In this document: piece after piece, positions 53,012 through 55,005 of the stretch
Layout: every line of letters begins with the position of its first letter
Numbering within the stretch: position 1 is the stretch's first letter
Assembly: GCA_036397955.1 (NCBI GenBank)
Contig: DASWHY010000275.1
Coordinates: 1-55,005, forward strand
Length of the DNA stretch: 55,005 bases
Direction of reading: 5' to 3'
Origin: Thermoanaerobaculia bacterium
GTDB lineage: Bacteria; Acidobacteriota; Thermoanaerobaculia; Multivoradales; UBA5704
The notes under the pieces: generated by a model
The model's database searches: none
The model's input: only the letters and a program-made list of their open reading frames with translations
What the model was told of the DNA's origin: nothing
Translations under genes and position numbers: made by a program

Positions 53012-53030
53012 CGTCTCCACCTCAATCTCA

Positions 53031-53036
53031 CGTGCG
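53031..53036 (-). promoter_or_regulatory. candidate -10 hexamer TAGAAT for the NRPS/PKS operon
   Basis: The minus strand reads ggtgTAGAATccggcgcacgtgagattgaggtggagacgATG. This is the best sigma70-like -10 in an otherwise GC-rich stretch, ~20 nt upstream of ATG 53011. The -35 is poor (TTCCCG at 17-nt spacing). If it is used, starts at 53062 or 53101 are excluded. Confidence 0.25.
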
Positions 53037-53152
53037 CCGGATTCTACACCGGCGGGCGCCATCCGGGAAGAGGCAGCTTTCAAGTGGGTGTAACGATGCA
53101 AAGCGACCTCCGCGTCGCGGCTGTACGAGGCTCGGCGCTTGCCACCGTCCGT

Positions 53153-53306
53153 GTCTCACGGTCTCACGCCCTAAGGGGATGAGACCGTGAGACAAACCGT
53201 CTCACGGCGTGAGAGAGCGATGAGACGCAGAGCCCAAACCCCGCGGGAAATCTGGCTGCACGGCGTCTCACGGCGTGAGGCAGGCGTGAGAATCCGGTGT
53301 CTCACG
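53153..53306. promoter_or_regulatory. array of GTCTCAC/GTGAGAC heptamers forming palindromes and hairpins (candidate operator array or structured element) upstream of the operon
   Basis: Six perfect copies start at 53153, 53161, 53187 (reverse), 53199, 53265 and 53299, plus at least five one-mismatch copies. There is a perfect 14-bp inverted repeat, GTCTCACGGTCTCA (53153-53166) / TGAGACCGTGAGAC (53180-53193), with a 13-nt loop. The palindrome TCTCACG-G-CGTGAGA lies at 53200-53214 and a near copy at 53266-53280. CGTGAGA-n8-TCTCACG lies at 53285-53306. Confidence 0.6.
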
Positions 53307-53378
53307 GGGGTGCTGAAAACGAACCCCGTTTCCTGGACCGCGGCTCGGACTTGACCTTGCCACCCTTGCCGGGAGCCG

Positions 53379-53495
53379 CGTCCCTGACGAGCACAGGCCC
53401 TGCGGTCGTCAAGGATAACCCGTCCCTGACGAGCACAGGCCCTGCGGTGGTCAAGGACTGATCCGTCCCTGACGAGCACAGGCCCTGCGGTCGTC
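53379..53495. repeat. 42/43-bp tandem repeat, 3 copies
   Basis: The unit cgtccctgacgagcacaggccctgcggt(c/g)gtcaagga starts at 53379, 53421 and 53464. Two degenerate units lie further on (core GCCCTGCGGT at 53625 and 53667, again 42 nt apart). Confidence 0.85.
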
Positions 53496-53587
53496 CGCCG
53501 TCGCATCGAAGCGAGTCCGGCCGACGAGGTCGAAGCGCACCCGGATCGACATTGCGCACGCGCGAGGCGAAGCGAGCCGTCAGGCAC

Positions 53588-53606
53588 CCCCCTTTGAAAA
53601 AGGGGG
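53588..53606. repeat. GC hairpin CCCCCTTT-gaa-AAAGGGGG (REP-like), between the two parts of the 42-bp array
   Basis: An exact 8-bp inverted repeat with a 3-nt loop. It has the same stem/loop geometry as the hairpin in the 57-bp repeat at 29-185. Confidence 0.7.
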
Positions 53607-53701
53607 ACAGGGGGGATTTCCGCAGCCCTGCGGTCATGAAGGACGAATTGCCGTTGAGGACCACAAGCCCTGCGGTCAGGACGCGAGTACCGCTGCAATA
53701 C

Positions 53702-54841
53702 TCAGCGCCGAGCGACCGAGCCCGCTTCCTCGCGGCCGCAGAGCGCGATCTCGGTCTCGGTGCCGACGCAGAGCGCCAGCAGGTCGCTTTCCGAAAAGCC
53801 TGGGCCGCGCACGATGCGCGGCGTCAGCACCAGGACGACCTCGCCCGGGCCGGCGGGAAGGTCGAAGCGCGACGCCAGCCACGAGCCCGTCTCGCCCGTC
53901 GCCGGCTTTTGCAGCCCCGCCACGAGGACGCCGTCGCCGCTGCGGATCCGCATCCCGGACTCGACGTTGCGGCTGCTGGTCGCCGGCGGGCCGCCGCGGG
54001 TGGCGTCGGTGGCGGCCACCGCCACCTCGAGCGTGACCTCGTCGCTGGCCGCGTGGACCCGCGGCTCGACCTTGAGCTCGAAGCCGACGTTGATGAAGGA
54101 AACGTCGGTGCCGGCCGAGGCGATCGCCAGCTTGTCCTCGAGGACCCAACGGCCGCTGTCGCCGTCGAGCACGCTCAGCTCCTGGCCGGTCAGGCGGCGC
54201 GCCGACCGCATCAGCGCCGCCCGCTCTTCAGCCGCGATGGGGTTGGCCTCGGCGCTCCAACGCGCGAGCGCGTCGGAGTCCAGGAAGAGCAGGTCGACCC
54301 TGACGGCCACCTCCCCCCGCGGCTTGTCGACCCGCCGCAGGATCTCCCCGATCACCTCGACCTTGGCGGCCGTGTCGCGCACGACGAGGCTGTTGAGGCC
54401 CTCGTGGGCCACGACGCTCTTGGCGCCCACCATCGTCCGGACGAGGGTCATCGCGTCCGGAAGCGGCAGGTTCTCGAGGTGAAAGGTGCGGACCACCTGT
54501 TTCTCGTAGGTGCGCCGCATCTGCGGCGTGTCCTCGGCGATGAGGACCGTGCCCTCGTCGAGCGCGGTGGCGAAGTGACCGGCGGCGCGCGTCAAGGTGT
54601 CGAGGGCGCGGTCGGCGCGGACGTCCTCCAGCTCGATGAAGATCCGGCGGTCCCTGAGCTCGGGATCGAAGATCACCTTGACGCCGGCGGCCTTGCCCCA
54701 GGCCCGGTAGACGTTGACGGCCGGCGTCGGCTCCGGGAAGTCGAGGTCGACGGGCTTGTCGAGGTCGGGGGCGGAAGTCGAAGCGCCGGCGGCGGCGACG
54801 GTCAGCAGCAAGATACACGTCGAACGTAGGAGTGAACGCAT
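53702..54841 (-). CDS. secretin-family (type II/III secretion / PilQ-GspD-like) outer-membrane protein, short form, 379 aa
   Basis: ATG 54841 has GGAGG 7 nt upstream. The signal peptide is MRSLLRSTCILLLTVAAAGAS. A secretin N-domain pattern is present: FHLENLPLPDAMTLVRTMVG...NSLVVRDTAAKVEVIGEILRRVDKP. The C-terminal secretin-like segment is RNVESGMRIRSGDGVLVAGL...VVLVLTPRIV. Confidence 0.55.
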   Translation of the reverse strand: MRSLLRSTCILLLTVAAAGASTSAPDLDKPVDLDFPEPTPAVNVYRAWGKAAGVKVIFDPELRDRRIFIELEDVRADRALDTLTRAAGHFATALDEGTVLIAEDTPQMRRTYEKQVVRTFHLENLPLPDAMTLVRTMVGAKSVVAHEGLNSLVVRDTAAKVEVIGEILRRVDKPRGEVAVRVDLLFLDSDALARWSAEANPIAAEERAALMRSARRLTGQELSVLDGDSGRWVLEDKLAIASAGTDVSFINVGFELKVEPRVHAASDEVTLEVAVAATDATRGGPPATSSRNVESGMRIRSGDGVLVAGLQKPATGETGSWLASRFDLPAGPGEVVLVLTPRIVRGPGFSESDLLALCVGTETEIALCGREEAGSVARR

Positions 54842-54956
54842 TGCGAGTCCTCCGGTTGGCGAAAGCGGTTTGTCGGGGATGGCTGATCGTGGTGGCCACC
54901 ACGTGCGTTTCTATTCATCGTTTACGGAGATAGGATCAGGAGCGTTGGGACGCACG

Positions 54957-55005
54957 ATGATCGCCGAGACGATGATCGCCGAGACGCCGCGCCTGGTGCT
55001 GCGCC
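54957..55005 (+). CDS. 5' end of a probable GNAT-family N-acetyltransferase (partial, runs off the window)
   Basis: It reads MIAETMIAETPRLVLR. The ETxRLxLR motif is the usual RimJ/RimL-type GNAT N-terminus. Only 16 codons are visible, and the first 30 nt are a 15-bp tandem duplication. Confidence 0.35.
   Translation, partial: MIAETMIAETPRLVLR

Noticed and set aside
53160-53270. A cluster of type IIS restriction sites (GGTCTC/GAGACC and CGTCTC/GAGACG) that could suggest a synthetic cloning scar.
   Set aside because: The sites are simply sub-strings of the repeated GTCTCAC heptamer and its flanks. The surrounding organisation (palindromes, phased repeats) looks like a natural repeat or operator array. 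There is no vector-like sequence.
53383-53415. CUGACGAG inside each 42-bp unit resembles the hammerhead ribozyme CUGANGA core.
   Set aside because: No downstream GAAA core follows. No stem II can form: CAGG and CCTG are adjacent with no viable loop. Stems I and III cannot be drawn. This is a coincidental 8-mer.
53379-53682. Possible CRISPR array formed by the 42/43-bp repeats.
   Set aside because: The units are directly abutting tandem copies with only 5-6 nt of variable sequence between them, so there are no spacers of CRISPR length. No cas genes are present in the window.
53171-53698. Minus-strand ORFs of 175 aa and 120 aa in the region upstream of the operon, considered as a possible small gene, regulator or RiPP-like precursor.
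   Set aside because: Their sequences are just translations of the heptamer and 42-bp repeats (RRET..., TTAGPVLVRD iterated). They have no RBS and no motifs.

Overview
Very GC-rich bacterial DNA (well above 70% GC by eye in most of the window). The ADOP-type duplicated permease at 7633-10032 suggests an Acidobacteria-like host; this is an inference, not a proof. The window is dominated by one ~43-kb minus-strand operon (10037-53011). It encodes a hybrid NRPS/PKS assembly line in this gene order:
- free-standing C-domain protein
- KS-AT-T-C-A-T-E
- C-A(MT)-T-Cy-A(Ox)-T
- KS-AT-T-Cy-A-T-E-C-A-T-E
- C-A-T-C-A-T-E
- C-A-T-TE
- a glutathionylspermidine-synthase-like ATP-grasp ligase

Every junction is translationally coupled (ATGA x3, TTGA, GTGA, or a 2-nt gap). 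This makes 10 modules: 2 minimal malonyl PKS modules and 8 amino-acid modules. Hand-read specificity codes give Ser, Thr (methylated), Cys (oxidised to thiazole), Cys (thiazoline, followed by an E domain), Ser, then three non-canonical codes. Four E domains are each followed by a DCL-type C domain. I do not recognise this architecture as any characterised pathway.

Upstream of the operon lies a repeat-dense 0.7-kb region:
- an array of GTCTCAC/GTGAGAC heptamers forming perfect palindromes and a 14-bp hairpin
- a 42/43-bp tandem array
- a GC hairpin

The left flank contains:
- a 57-bp hairpin-bearing tandem repeat
- an integrase remnant, a frameshifted DinB-family gene and a WD40 fragment
- a four-gene minus-strand operon (di-haem cytochrome c, YceI, kynurenine 3-monooxygenase, and a lower-GC FAD/NAD(P) oxidoreductase)
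- the ADOP permease, convergent with the cluster

The right flank holds a small secretin-family gene and the first 49 nt of a GNAT-like gene.

The many long plus-strand ORFs antisense to the megasynthases are high-GC artefacts. Domain coordinates are anchored on motifs I located in the DNA and are approximate (about +/-30-60 nt). No database search was possible.
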